Assembly (NCBI GenBank): GCA_016839805.1
Contig: JAEOTO010000042.1
Span: 1-15,041 of the forward strand
Direction: 5' to 3'
Length of the DNA: 15,041 bases
From: Candidatus Hermodarchaeota archaeon
GTDB lineage: Archaea > Asgardarchaeota > Hermodarchaeia > Hermodarchaeales > Hermodarchaeaceae
This document shows, piece after piece, positions 14,727 through 15,041 of the stretch. Made by a program: the position numbers and the translations under genes. Each line of letters opens with the position of its first letter. Within the stretch, counting starts at the first letter, position 1. The notes beneath the pieces were generated by a model. The model ran no database searches, had not been told where the DNA came from, and saw only the letters and a program-made list of their open reading frames with translations.

Positions 14727-14987
14727 GTGACCCAAGAACCTTCATCCAAACCCAAACGTGAGGAATCCCAGTCCGCCCTCGCAGTGGAGATGATCCTCAG
14801 TGATGCCAATCGCCCCATGACAACTTTTGAGGTGACTCGGATATTCCATGAAATCGGTTGCCCCGATTCACCCAGCCGACTACTCAATCAGCTTCGGCTT
14901 GAAGGCAAAATTCATGGCAAACTCAGCATAAAACGTAAAACCTGGTTGTGGTGGGCTCCGACAGTACCTGAACCCACTGACGTATAG
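14727..14987 (+). CDS. Small putative winged-helix protein with CPD motif
   Basis: GTG start with AGAGGT upstream. The pattern ILSDANRPMTTFEV...CPDSPSRLLNQLRLEGKIHG......TWLWW fits helix-turn-helix plus a beta-wing. Confidence 0.65.
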   Translation: MTQEPSSKPKREESQSALAVEMILSDANRPMTTFEVTRIFHEIGCPDSPSRLLNQLRLEGKIHGKLSIKRKTWLWWAPTVPEPTDV

Positions 14988-15041
14988 ATTCATTTTTAGA
15001 AAATAATATCCGCTTCCAGACCATACTGCTTAGATAGATCA

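Noticed and set aside
496-14887. Numerous 60-130 aa ORFs overlapping or antisense to the main genes (e.g. 8243-8623, 9632-10018, 11353-11751, 12317-12682, 13711-13968)
   Set aside because: They lie in the shadow of well-supported genes, have no recognisable motifs, and are explained by codon bias of the real strand.
1-15041. CRISPR arrays, tRNA/rRNA genes, IS elements or integrases
   Set aside because: No regularly spaced repeats, cloverleaf or rRNA-like segments, transposase or recombinase motifs were seen; intergenic gaps are short.

Overview
This is an archaeal window, probably from an Asgard-type lineage. That assignment is inferred from a longin-like gene, GGTGA/GGAGGT-type ribosome-binding sites and BRE/TATA-like promoters. 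The minus strand on the left carries a partial metF, metV, a stand-alone receiver protein, two tandem paralogous cytoplasmic PAS-PAS histidine kinases and an MBL-fold hydrolase. Diverging from these on the plus strand is a tightly coupled redox operon: hdrA fused to an MvhD-like domain, a second hdrA, mvhD, mvhG and mvhA (group 3c-type [NiFe] hydrogenase). No hdrB/hdrC is present in the window. The right end holds a possible small membrane protein, a longin-like plus beta-sandwich protein, a TPR-like hypothetical protein and a small winged-helix protein. The main points of interest are: (1) an HdrBC-less, two-HdrA/two-MvhD hydrogenase module close to metVF; (2) loss of the FAD-proximal Glu in both HdrA copies; (3) a kinase pair sharing an identical 13-bp promoter-like element, with one partner lacking the key N-box Asn; (4) the longin plus Ig-like fusion. 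All family calls are by motif recognition only; no database searches were run.
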